Positions 1 to 9,025 of a stretch of 64,000 nucleotides of DNA are shown here, one piece after another. The stretch is from Thermoanaerobaculia bacterium (GTDB taxonomy: Bacteria > Acidobacteriota > Thermoanaerobaculia > Multivoradales > Multivoraceae), in the NCBI GenBank assembly GCA_963666565.1, contig OY762911.1, positions 4,160,001 to 4,224,000 on the forward strand, given 5' to 3'. Every line of letters begins with the position of its first letter. Within the stretch, counting starts at the first letter, position 1. Below the pieces are notes generated by a model that ran no database searches, was not told the DNA's origin, and saw only the letters and a list, made by a program, of their open reading frames with translations. The position numbers and the translations under genes were made by a program.

Positions 1-504
1 GGCCCGGACGCGTCCTGCTTCCGGGTCGTCGCAAAGATCCGCCTTGGTCAGCACGACGACGGGCTCGGCGCCGCTCTCCCTGACCATGGCGACGAAGCGC
101 TCCAGGCGACGGGGGTTGAAGTCGCCGTCGAGGCCCATCACCAGGAACACGGCGTCGACGTTCGCGGCCACGACCTGCTCTTCCGTCCGCGCGCCCGCGG
201 CCTTGCGCGACAGGCGGCTCCGGCGGTCCAGCACGTGGACGATCCTCGGGTCTACGCCGGGAACCGAGAAGGACTCGACCACCACCCAGTCGCCGACTGC
301 CGGCGGGCCGGTCGCCGAGGTGCGCACACGCTTCAACACGCGCGCACCCATCTCGCCCTCCGCGGCCGCGACGTGGAACACGCCGCGCGCCATCGAAACC
401 ACGCGGGCCGGAAACAGATGCTCGGGCGCGGCCGCCGACTCCAGGAATCGGTCGCAGGATTCGGCGAAGTCGGGCGCCCAACCCCAGGATTCGAGCAGCG
501 CCAC
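1..504 (-). CDS. rsgA: Ribosome small subunit-dependent GTPase A, N-terminal part (runs off the window start)
   Basis: Manual translation gives ...VLDRRSRLSRKAAGARTEEQVVAANVDAVFLVMGLDGDFNPRRLERFVAMVRESGAEPVVVLTKADL, typical of RsgA. GTG start near 504. Confidence 0.9.
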   Translation of the reverse strand, partial: MALLESWGWAPDFAESCDRFLESAAAPEHLFPARVVSMARGVFHVAAAEGEMGARVLKRVRTSATGPPAVGDWVVVESFSVPGVDPRIVHVLDRRSRLSRKAAGARTEEQVVAANVDAVFLVMGLDGDFNPRRLERFVAMVRESGAEPVVVLTKADLCDDPEAGRVRA

Positions 505-661
505 GTTTACGAACCGTCCGCCCTGGGACCGAGGGCGGGCAACATGCCCGCGTGCCATTCGCACATCCGATGACGGAAGCACGGAGTGGGCCGCGGGCGG
601 CGGGGACCGGGCCACGCGGGTTCCCAAGCCATCGAACACCCGTCCTCCCCCAAGGAGACCA

Positions 662-1492
662 CTACGTCAACCGTCGTTTCGGATCGAACGTGTCGCGCAG
701 CCAGTCGCCCAGCATGTTCGACGCCAGGCAGGACGCCATGATCGCCAGCCCCGGCATCGTGATCAGCCACCAGGCGACCTCGATGAAATTGCGGCCGTCC
801 GCCAGCATTCCGCCCCACGAGACCTGGGGCGGTTGGATGCCGAGCCCCAGGAAGCTCAAGCCCGCCTCGAAGACGATCACGCTGCCGAACTGGAGCGTCG
901 CCAGAACCAGGAGCGTGTTCAGGACGTTCGGGGTCAGGTGCCGGATCAGGATCATCGAACTCGATACCCCCGCGACCCTGGCCACGGTGATGAAGTCGCG
1001 CTCGCGCAGGCTCAGCGCCTCGCCCCGCACGATGCGGGCGTACCAGGTCCAGTACGTCAGGACAATGATCGTGATGACCATGCCCTCGCCGGGCGGCAGC
1101 ACGGCGGCGAACAACATGGCCAGGGGAATGGACGGAATCGACATCTGCACGTCGATCAACCGCGAGATCACGGCGTCCACCGCACCGCCGAAGTAGCCGG
1201 CGGCGAGCCCCAGCGCGGCGCCGATGCCGCCCGAGAGCGCGATGGCGTAGAGGGCCACCGTCACCGACACGCGCGCGCCGGCGATGATGCGGCTCAGGAT
1301 GTCGCGCCCCAGCATGTCCGTTCCGAGCGGATAGTCGAAGCTGCCGCCGGCCCGCCAGAACGGCGGGGTCATCGACTCGGCAAGCGCGATCTCGGAGGCC
1401 TCGTGAGGCGCGAACCACGGTCCCGCGACGGCACACAGCAGGACCAGGCCGAGAACCAGGCAGGAGACGACGGGCACCCGCCGCTCAGCCAT
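662..1492 (-). CDS. Peptide/nickel ABC transporter permease (DppC/OppC-like)
   Basis: PLGTDMLGRDILSRII, ARIVRGEALSLRERDFI, GLSFLGLGIQPPQVSWGGML motifs. Confidence 0.93.
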   Translation of the reverse strand: MAERRVPVVSCLVLGLVLLCAVAGPWFAPHEASEIALAESMTPPFWRAGGSFDYPLGTDMLGRDILSRIIAGARVSVTVALYAIALSGGIGAALGLAAGYFGGAVDAVISRLIDVQMSIPSIPLAMLFAAVLPPGEGMVITIIVLTYWTWYARIVRGEALSLRERDFITVARVAGVSSSMILIRHLTPNVLNTLLVLATLQFGSVIVFEAGLSFLGLGIQPPQVSWGGMLADGRNFIEVAWWLITMPGLAIMASCLASNMLGDWLRDTFDPKRRLT

Positions 1493-2402
1493 GGCGGATC
1501 CTCGGGTCGATCAGCCCGTAGCTCAGGTCGACCAGGAGGTTCACGACGACGAAGATGACCGCCGACAGCACGACCCCGGCTTGCACCACCGGAAAGTCGC
1601 GCGCGAAGACGGCGTCGACCACCGCGCGGCCGACTCCCGGCCAGGCGAACACGACCTCGATCACGAAGGCGCCGCCGAGCATGTTCGCGAAGTAGACGCC
1701 GATCATCGTCGCCAGGGGCACGGCGGCGTTGCGCAGCGCGTAGCGCCAGATGACCGTGCGCTCCGGCAGGCCCATCACCCGACCGGTACGGATGTAATCG
1801 CTGTCCAGGATGTCGAGCATCGATGAGCGCAGCGTGCGGGTCATCGCGGCGACCGGGTACCAGCCGAGGGCGATCGCCGGCAGAACGAGGTGGAACGGTC
1901 CCTCGCGGCCGAACGCCGGCAGCCACTGGAGCCGCACGGCCAGGAAGAGGATGAGCAGGAGGCCGACCCAGAACCCCGGCATCGCCTGGCCGAGGAGAGC
2001 CAGCACCTTCGCCAGCCGGTCGACCCAGCGGCCGCGGTAGACGGCCGACATCACGCCCAGCGGCACGGCCAGCAGCAGCGCGAAGGCGAGGCCCGCCAGC
2101 GCCAGCTCCAGGGTCGCCGGCAGCCGCTCGAGCAGCAGCGGCATCGCCGGCGCCTGCCACTGGTAGGACTCGCCGAAGTCGCCGGTGAACGCGTCGCGCA
2201 GGAAGACGAGGAACTGGACCGGCAGCGGCCGGTCGAGGCCGAGGGCCTCGCGCATCGCCGCGAAGTCCTCCTCCGAAGCGTCCATCGGCAGCAACAGGGC
2301 GACCGGGTCGCCGGCCAGGCGCTGCGCCACGAAGACGATCACGAGCGCACCGAGCACCGCCACCGCGCCCTGCCAGAGCCGCCGGATCAGATAGGCGCGC
2401 AT
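1485..2402 (-). CDS. Peptide/nickel ABC transporter permease (DppB/OppB-like)
   Basis: LGLDRPLPVQF, ERLPATLELA, DYIRTGRVMGL, DLSYGLIDPRIR motifs. Confidence 0.93.
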   Translation of the reverse strand: MRAYLIRRLWQGAVAVLGALVIVFVAQRLAGDPVALLLPMDASEEDFAAMREALGLDRPLPVQFLVFLRDAFTGDFGESYQWQAPAMPLLLERLPATLELALAGLAFALLLAVPLGVMSAVYRGRWVDRLAKVLALLGQAMPGFWVGLLLILFLAVRLQWLPAFGREGPFHLVLPAIALGWYPVAAMTRTLRSSMLDILDSDYIRTGRVMGLPERTVIWRYALRNAAVPLATMIGVYFANMLGGAFVIEVVFAWPGVGRAVVDAVFARDFPVVQAGVVLSAVIFVVVNLLVDLSYGLIDPRIRHG

Positions 2403-2557
2403 CGCTTCGAGGCCTTCACCGAACCGCCGGGCCGCCGCGCCTGGCCGCCGCCTGCGCCGCGGGCGTCATCGCGCCGGCTCTTCGTCCATCGCCCGGTCCG
2501 CCAGACCGATGTGCCGCATCGTCCGCACCAAGGGTTCCCGCGCCTGCGCCGAAGGCG

Positions 2558-4147
2558 TCACTGCCCGGACTCCCCACGTGCCACGGGCTCGGCCGGGCCG
2601 ATGTCCCGCATCATCCGCCAATTCGCCTGCGGCCAGGGCTCGAAACGCAGCGTGTCGCGCCAGGCCAGCGTCACGAGCGGCCGGTAGGTCGGCAGGCCGC
2701 CGGCTACCCGCTCGTGCTTGAGCCGGGCGATCTCCCGGATCAGCGCCTCCTTGGCCTCCGGGTCTGCCGTGACGCGCAGGGTCTCGACCATCTCGTCCAG
2801 TTCCGGGTCGTCGTGGTATGAGTACCAGCCCCAGCCGTCGCGGTACGAGTGCAGGTGGCCGCCCCATGCGTCGGTCGGATCGCCGAGAGCGCCGTGGCCC
2901 CACATCCAGCTCGCGATGCCGTCCATCTCCGGGCGGGCGTCGCGGCGGCCGAGGTTGATCCAGGCGCCGTACTCGAGCTGCACGATCCGGCAGCGGATGC
3001 CCGCGGCGGTCAGGTAGGCGAACATCGCCTCGCCCACTTCCTTGAGGTACGGCTCGCGCGGCGTCGTCAGGTTGTAGCAGTTCACGTTGATGCCGCGGCC
3101 GTAGCCGGCCTGCCGCAGCAGCTCGCGGGAGCGGTCCGGGTCGAACGCGTACGCATCAAGCGCGGGATCGTGCCCCGGCGCTCCCGGCGTCACCTGGACC
3201 GTCCGAATGCCCTGCCCGTGAAGGATGTACCGGATGATCGCGTCGAAGTCGACGGCGTGCGCCACGGCCCGTCGCACGCGGACGTCTCCCAGCGGACTTC
3301 GCGGGTCGAGAGCGTTCAGCGCGAGGAACAGGTTGTTGCTCGTGGGCAGCGAGGCGACCTTCACGCCGGGCGTCCGCTCGAAGTCCGCGACCTGTGCCGG
3401 CGGCACGGCGTCGATCCAGTCGACCGCGCCGGTCTTGAACGCGGCGACCCGGGTCGTGTCCTCCGGGACGATCTTGATCGTCAGCCGGCGGATGCCCGGC
3501 AGCGAGTCGGGGTCCCAGTAGTCGTCGAACCGCTCGACGACGATCTCCTCCCGCACGCTGCGCGACACGAACCTCCAGGGCCCGGTGCCGATCGGATGCG
3601 CCTGCACTCCTTCGTTCCCGACCTCCTCGTAGTACCGCCGGGGAATGGCCCAGAGGTCGAGGTTGAGCGGCAGGAGCGCCGAGTCCGGCAGGCCCTTGAA
3701 GACGATCTCCAGTTCGTAGTCGCCGAGCACCCGCACGTCGGCCACGTGCCGCCAGCGCCCGGCCTGGCGCGAAAGGGACGGATCCCGCTGGCGAAGATAG
3801 CTGTAGCGGAGATCGTGGGCCGTCAGTTCGTCGCCGTTGTGGAACCGGACGCCCCGCCGCAGCTCGACGCCGATCAGCCAGACGCCGTCGCGCTCGAAGA
3901 GCCGCCAGGACTCGGCCAGCCAGTTCCGCTGCTTCAGGTCCGGGCCCACCGTGAGCAACTGCTCATAGAACAGCGCCATGAAGTACTGGTCGACGCCGGC
4001 CGAAGTCCGAGTGGGGTCGATCTGCGTCGGCTCCGCGGCGAACGCAACGACGACGTGGGCGTCGCCACCATCGTCGACGGCCGCGAGCGGCAGCGACAGC
4101 AGGCAGCCAGCGCACAGACACGCCGCCGCCATCACTCCACGCCGCAT
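2558..4147 (-). CDS. ABC transporter substrate-binding protein, family 5 (DppA/OppA-like)
   Basis: Signal peptide; LAESW, LRRGVRFHNGDELTAHD, PIGTGPWRF, DVRVRRAVAHAVD. Confidence 0.92.
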   Translation of the reverse strand: MRRGVMAAACLCAGCLLSLPLAAVDDGGDAHVVVAFAAEPTQIDPTRTSAGVDQYFMALFYEQLLTVGPDLKQRNWLAESWRLFERDGVWLIGVELRRGVRFHNGDELTAHDLRYSYLRQRDPSLSRQAGRWRHVADVRVLGDYELEIVFKGLPDSALLPLNLDLWAIPRRYYEEVGNEGVQAHPIGTGPWRFVSRSVREEIVVERFDDYWDPDSLPGIRRLTIKIVPEDTTRVAAFKTGAVDWIDAVPPAQVADFERTPGVKVASLPTSNNLFLALNALDPRSPLGDVRVRRAVAHAVDFDAIIRYILHGQGIRTVQVTPGAPGHDPALDAYAFDPDRSRELLRQAGYGRGINVNCYNLTTPREPYLKEVGEAMFAYLTAAGIRCRIVQLEYGAWINLGRRDARPEMDGIASWMWGHGALGDPTDAWGGHLHSYRDGWGWYSYHDDPELDEMVETLRVTADPEAKEALIREIARLKHERVAGGLPTYRPLVTLAWRDTLRFEPWPQANWRMMRDIGPAEPVARGESGQ

Positions 4148-4223
4148 GAAGGGAACCTACCGCAAGGACGCAGAGGCCCCGCAGGACGAACCAAGCGCCA
4201 CGGCGCCCGGTCGTGACGCGCCG

Positions 4224-4652
4224 CTACCCATGCTCCGACCAGGGATTCAACATGGGCACGTTCATCAGCGAGAAGTCCCGTACGTTCCGCGTAACCACGG
4301 TCATCCCGTGCCGACGCGCCACCGCCGCGATCTGGGCGTCAACGACCGGAAGCGGCAGCCCCGCCTTGTCCCCGGCCGCCAGCATCTCGCCCCAGATGGT
4401 CGCCGCCTCCGCGTCGAAGGGCAGAATGCGACCCTTGAAGTCCCCCATCAGTTGACGTTCGATCCATGCCGCGTAGGCGCGACGCCTTGCTTCGTCCCGC
4501 AGCCTGCGCGCACCGCGGACGATCTCCCCGACCGTGATGACCGAGAGATAGAGATCCGTCGCCAGGCGCCCCGCCAACCAATCGACGACCTGCTGTGCGG
4601 GCCTCGGCTTGAACGTCTCGCTGAGGACGTTGGTGTCGAGCAGAAAAGTCAC
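4224..4652 (-). CDS. vapC: VapC-family PIN domain toxin
   Basis: FLLDTNVLSE ... DAQIAAVARRHGMTVVTRNVRDF. Confidence 0.92.
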   Translation of the reverse strand: MTFLLDTNVLSETFKPRPAQQVVDWLAGRLATDLYLSVITVGEIVRGARRLRDEARRRAYAAWIERQLMGDFKGRILPFDAEAATIWGEMLAAGDKAGLPLPVVDAQIAAVARRHGMTVVTRNVRDFSLMNVPMLNPWSEHG

Positions 4653-4972
4653 TCGAGGTCGACCGGGCGGCCCGTGGAGCGGTCGCGCTCAAACTCCAAC
4701 TCCTCCATGCCCTTTGGCAGGCTCGAACGCAAGGCGGCGATCAGATCCGCCCCAGTCCTGATCGGCGGCGCCGAAACGAGGTCGGCAAGCCGCCGCCGGA
4801 CCACCGCGCCCGCCCCGCCTCCTTCCCGGAGAGTTCGCCCGACCGCCCGGATCAGGTCCGCGTCCTCCGCCGGCACCGTCACTTCAACTCTCTTCGACCC
4901 CTCGGCCAGCACCCTCCTGCGATGCCGCCTCACTCGCTCCCTCGACGTTTCTCTCGTTGCAGGCTCAGCCAT
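4649..4972 (-). CDS. Putative antitoxin (107 aa), coupled to the PIN gene
   Basis: MAEPATRETSRERVRRHRRR...VEVTVP...LEFERDRSTGRPVDLE; GTGA overlap with vapC; upstream palindrome. Confidence 0.75.
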   Translation of the reverse strand: MAEPATRETSRERVRRHRRRVLAEGSKRVEVTVPAEDADLIRAVGRTLREGGGAGAVVRRRLADLVSAPPIRTGADLIAALRSSLPKGMEELEFERDRSTGRPVDLE

Positions 4973-4979
4973 GGCGTAG

Positions 4980-4999
4980 TCCCGGTAACGTTTCCGGGA
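4980..4999. promoter_or_regulatory. Near-perfect 20-bp palindrome, likely TA autoregulatory operator
   Basis: tcccggtaac/gtttccggga, between a TAGGTT -10-like hexamer and the antitoxin start. Confidence 0.55.
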
Positions 5000-5071
5000 A
5001 CCTAGCGCATCGCCTGCTCGAACGTCAATCCCGCCGGGAATCGCCAACGCGCCGGCGCATAGAGTCGGCAC

Positions 5072-6124
5072 ATGGCTGAACCGGTCGCCAAGCCTGCCAG
5101 ACGAGTTCCCCACGACCCTCGTCCGCCTCGGGCCGCCGACTTCCCCGGCTGCCGCGAGAAGACGATCCCGCGCGACGAGATCGAGGACTACGAGGGCCGC
5201 ATCGAGTACTGGGACGCCCGCAACGAAGCCGCATTCATCGCGGAGCCGACCACCACGTATCACGAGTACGGCGCCCGGCGCCTGACCCGTCTCGTGGCGC
5301 TGATCGGGATGCGGCGCGGGGCAGCGATCACGGTCGTGGGATCGGCCGACCTCGTGGTGCGCGACGGGCAGAGCCATCGCCGCGTCATCCAGGCCGACGA
5401 GAGCGTGTACCTGCGGACGGCGGACGCTCCCGAGGATCGGTGGATCGAAACCGGCGTCCACCGCCTCCCGGACGTCGTCCTGGAGGTCGACTACAGCACC
5501 GACGCGAGGCGCTACAAGCTCGGCGTCTACGAGTCCTGGGGCTTCCCGGAGGTCTGGATCGAAGTGCCCGACGCCGGTTGGCGCTACCGTCCGAAGAACC
5601 GAGGTTCGGCCCTCACGATTCACCTGCTGGAAGGCGGCTGCTACGTCGAGGCGCCGTCGAGCCGGGCGTTCCCGGGCTGGACCGCCGAGGAGATCCACCG
5701 GGCGCTGAACGAGACCGAGCCCTCCGCGGAGACCGTCGAGATCGCGCGCCGCGTGGCCGATGCCCTCGCCGCCGCCGGCGGCACGAGCCCCGACGACGAT
5801 CCCCTGCTGCGCCGGGAGCGCGCCGAGGGGCGGGAGAAGGGTCGCGCCGAGGGCCGGGCCGACGAGCGCCTCGACATCGTGCGAAGCGCAGTTCAGGACG
5901 CGTTCACCGCGCGCTCCCTTGCGATCACGCCCGGCCTGCGGTCCTGGCTCAACGAAGCGGATCCGGCGCTGGTCCCGGTCGAACTGATCCGTCTGGCCTG
6001 GGAGTGCCGCGACGCGGACGACTTCCTGAGCCGCGCGGCTGCCGCGCCGCGAGCGCGTAGCGGAGGCGGCCGAGGGTGGACTCGGGAGGAACTCTACGGG
6101 CGCGGCCGTGCGCGTACTGATTGA
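5072..6124 (+). CDS. Uma2/DUF820-family PD-(D/E)xK nuclease-like protein with C-terminal extension
   Basis: QADESVY, PDVVLEVDYST, KLGVYESWGFPEVW; EGREKGRAEG low-complexity tail. Confidence 0.8.
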   Translation: MAEPVAKPARRVPHDPRPPRAADFPGCREKTIPRDEIEDYEGRIEYWDARNEAAFIAEPTTTYHEYGARRLTRLVALIGMRRGAAITVVGSADLVVRDGQSHRRVIQADESVYLRTADAPEDRWIETGVHRLPDVVLEVDYSTDARRYKLGVYESWGFPEVWIEVPDAGWRYRPKNRGSALTIHLLEGGCYVEAPSSRAFPGWTAEEIHRALNETEPSAETVEIARRVADALAAAGGTSPDDDPLLRRERAEGREKGRAEGRADERLDIVRSAVQDAFTARSLAITPGLRSWLNEADPALVPVELIRLAWECRDADDFLSRAAAAPRARSGGGRGWTREELYGRGRARTD

Positions 6125-6330
6125 CGACACGGCGGCAGTCGGCCGGAAGGCCAGCGCGCGTCGCAAAGAGGAGAACGAAGACCAGCCGCCGCAACCATCA
6201 GGCCGACCCGATCCAAGGCGCAGTGGAGCGCTCTCGACGAGAGCATTCCCTGCTTCGCCGAGTACCCCGAGTGGCGAGGCGCACCTCTCCTTCTCCTGAC
6301 CTGGACGGAAAGCCGCGCCGGAAGCCCGTG

Positions 6331-7146
6331 TCAGCGCGCGGCGCGAAGACCCGCCGGCAGGCCGCCGGTCGGGTTCGCGTTCTTGTAGAACCGGGACTCG
6401 AGCACGCGCATCCGGCGCTTGTAGAGGTCCTTCTGGTCGGCGGCGGTCAGGTCGAAGGCGCGCACGAAGAAGCGGCACTCGCGTTCCACCGTCCAGAGAT
6501 GCACGGGGAGGGTCTGCCGCAGAAACTCGGTCTCGGTGAGCAGTCGGCTCGCCTGGACCGCGCCGACCGGCAGTTGCCTGCGCGCGGCCTCGTGTTCGGG
6601 AGCGCGGGCGGGCGCCACGATGAAGCCGCCCGGCGCCAGCGCGATGTCGAACAGGTAGGCGACCGTGCCGTCCCGGTCGTACCAGCAGCTCGGGTGATCC
6701 GTGCCGCCGCCGCCCCGGGCGCGCTCCTGGACCTCCAGCCGCTCGATTCGCCGGTTGGCGCGGTCGAGTCGCTCGGCAAGCGCGGCGGCGCTCTTCTCGG
6801 ACTCCCGGAGCCGGTTCACGATCTCCGGCGCCGACGGCTCGGGAATCGTCGTCTCCATCTCGCGTACGAGTTCCCGCCAGTTGTCGGCGTCCCGGTGTTC
6901 GTCCACCCGCTCACGCAGCGCCGCCTTGAGCGCCACCGGGTCCTCCGGCAGCGCCTCCTCCTCGAACAGCGCGTCGATCCGCTCGAAGCGCACCAGTTCC
7001 TGTTCGGCCGCCTGCCGCCGGTCCGACTCGCGCGCGAGCAGGGCGGCCAGCGCGAGCAGAAGGACGAAGATGATCAGGATGGCGATCTCCGCCATCGTGA
7101 GGCCGAGGACCAGGCCGCGCGGGAACGTGCGGCCGCGCTCGCTCAC
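6331..7146 (-). CDS. Single-TM protein, MotB/ExbD/ZorB-like topology, with a Cys-containing C-terminal domain
   Basis: GTG start overlaps the upstream stop; TM LGLTMAEIAILIIFVLLLALAALL contains an acidic residue; coiled coil; DHPSCW...ECRFFV; no OmpA-like motif seen. Confidence 0.7.
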   Translation of the reverse strand: MSERGRTFPRGLVLGLTMAEIAILIIFVLLLALAALLARESDRRQAAEQELVRFERIDALFEEEALPEDPVALKAALRERVDEHRDADNWRELVREMETTIPEPSAPEIVNRLRESEKSAAALAERLDRANRRIERLEVQERARGGGGTDHPSCWYDRDGTVAYLFDIALAPGGFIVAPARAPEHEAARRQLPVGAVQASRLLTETEFLRQTLPVHLWTVERECRFFVRAFDLTAADQKDLYKRRMRVLESRFYKNANPTGGLPAGLRAAR

Positions 7147-8183
7147 CAGAAACCCCAACGCCGCAACTCGCGCCGACGGCCGCCCTCCTCCGCGACGGCG
7201 TCGAGCCGGTCCGCCATGCGCAGCAGCGACCGGTTCATCGCCTGCGAGAGGTGGCGGTTCTCTTCGAGGATCTCCGTCAACCGCGCCACCGCGCCCTGGT
7301 TCTGCTCGATGACCCGCAACTGGCTCGCCTCGAGGCGCCGCAGACCCTCCGCGACGGAAAGGAACTCCCGCGCCAGTTCCTGGAACCGCTCCGACGTCGG
7401 CCCAATCAACTCCTCGACGAACTCGCGCCGGAAGTCCACGGAACGGAAGTTCGCGAGCAGTTGCCGAAGGGAGTCGCTCACGGCCTCCGACTCGGAGACG
7501 AAGCGCTCCCGTTGAGCCTGGATGTCGCGGGCCGACGCGGCGGCGGCTTCGTCGACCTCGCCGACGCGCTGCCGGAGCGCCCCCAGCCGGGCGGCGCCGC
7601 TCTCCAGGTCTTCGATCCGCTCTTCCAGCGCGGCGCCCGCGGCGGTCACGCCCCGATCGAGTTGCTCGAACACCCGCTTCGCCTCCGCCCGAAACTGCTG
7701 GAACTCGTCGATCGAGTACTCCATCTCGGCACGCAGACGGCGGTTCGCGCGGGCCAGGTCCTCGCGCGCCCCCGCTTCCGCCCGTTCCTCGTCCTGCGGC
7801 TGGTTCAGGAGGATGCGTCCGGCCAGACCGAGGATCGTGCTGGTCAGGGCCAGACCGAAGTTCGTGACGATGGAGCTCGTCGCCCCTTCGGTGTTGAACT
7901 GGTACAGCGAGATGGCCAGCGAGATCAGCGTGTAGAGAAAGCCCAAGTAGTAGAGGTTGTCGCCCGCGAAGTCGTACCTGGGCCGCATCTCCGGCCACTC
8001 CACGAGCAGGCAGGCGTAGCTGCCCATCAGGACGATCGGCAGCAGCACGGCGAGAAGCGGGCTCGCCGTCAACGACTTCATCAGCAGGATGAGGAAGCCC
8101 CCGCCGGCGAAGAACGCCAGAAACAGCCCGCGGCCGCTCCCCGGCCCGGAATCCACCGACCGTTGCCGCGATGCGACGGACAT
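7143..8183 (-). CDS. Multi-TM protein resembling a MotA/TolQ/ExbB (ZorA-like) channel, with a long coiled-coil tail
   Basis: About 4 TMs including GDNLYYLGFLYTLISLAISL and NFGLALTSTILGLAGR, followed by ~220 aa of helical tail; TGATG coupling to the upstream gene. Confidence 0.7.
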   Translation of the reverse strand: MSVASRQRSVDSGPGSGRGLFLAFFAGGGFLILLMKSLTASPLLAVLLPIVLMGSYACLLVEWPEMRPRYDFAGDNLYYLGFLYTLISLAISLYQFNTEGATSSIVTNFGLALTSTILGLAGRILLNQPQDEERAEAGAREDLARANRRLRAEMEYSIDEFQQFRAEAKRVFEQLDRGVTAAGAALEERIEDLESGAARLGALRQRVGEVDEAAAASARDIQAQRERFVSESEAVSDSLRQLLANFRSVDFRREFVEELIGPTSERFQELAREFLSVAEGLRRLEASQLRVIEQNQGAVARLTEILEENRHLSQAMNRSLLRMADRLDAVAEEGGRRRELRRWGFW

Positions 8184-9025
8184 CAGTTGAGGCCGTCGAC
8201 GCGCACGACCCGAATCAGGGCGCCTCCCTGGTCCTCGATCCACCGCTGCCAGAAGTCGATCAGGCCGCGGGCGCCGTCCAGGCGGTCGTGGACCGCGCGC
8301 TGAACGAACAGGACCTCGACCGCGGTTCCCCGAAGGTCCGTGCGCAGCGCGGCGGCGCCGGTCGTCGCGGCGAAGGCGTCGTAGTCGACCGCCTGGCGGA
8401 AGAAGGAGAGGTTGCGCGTGTTCTGCATCAGGTCGGACACCAGGATCAGGCGTCTTGGAAGATCCGCGTACTCGTGCCGGCCGAGCACGGATACCGCCAC
8501 GCTCTGCACGCTCTCCATGAGCGGCGAAGTCGGCGCCGCCTCCCGGCCGAGCAAGTCGGCGAACAGGTCCTCGAGCGGCCGCTCGAACCGCTCCTCCAGC
8601 CGTCGCCGGATCAACCGCGGGTTCTCCGTCCACTCGCTGGCCTGGTCGGGATCGCCCGGATGGCAGACCGAGAGCAGCGGGGCTCCGATCTCGCTCCCGA
8701 CCGGCTTCGCCTCGAAGGCCAGGACCATCTCGTCCTCCCGGCTGCCGGCCACGTACTCGTCGAGGTGAGCGAGCACGTCGGCGCGGCTGATCGCGCCGAC
8801 CTGGTCCGTGACATCGACCAGGATCGCGGTCAGGGCCGCGGGCCCGGCCTCGGGACAGCCCGTCTCCGGGTCGCGATCCGGCGGCTTCGGAGCGAAGATC
8901 GTGAGGCGCGCGCCCACGACCAGGAGCAGCAGGGCGACGACCGCGATGCCGCCGCCGACCGCCAGATCCCGCGACGAGAGGTCGCCGCGCCGCGACCGAT
9001 GGCGCCGCCGCCTACGAGCCGCCAC
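8183..9025 (-). CDS. Membrane-anchored vWA-like domain protein
   Basis: N-terminal TM; AILVDVTD, TSPLMESV, LILVSDLMQN resemble MIDAS-type vWA motifs. Confidence 0.65.
   Translation of the reverse strand: MAARRRRRHRSRRGDLSSRDLAVGGGIAVVALLLLVVGARLTIFAPKPPDRDPETGCPEAGPAALTAILVDVTDQVGAISRADVLAHLDEYVAGSREDEMVLAFEAKPVGSEIGAPLLSVCHPGDPDQASEWTENPRLIRRRLEERFERPLEDLFADLLGREAAPTSPLMESVQSVAVSVLGRHEYADLPRRLILVSDLMQNTRNLSFFRQAVDYDAFAATTGAAALRTDLRGTAVEVLFVQRAVHDRLDGARGLIDFWQRWIEDQGGALIRVVRVDGLN

Noticed and set aside
535-551. Hairpin gcgggc-aacat-gcccgc upstream of rsgA
   Set aside because: Single short GC stem with no U-tract; may be a distant REP variant but is not supportable
6331-8183. Calling these genes zorA/zorB or motA/motB
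   Set aside because: No OmpA-like peptidoglycan-binding domain, Glu instead of Asp, and no Zor effector or flagellar context
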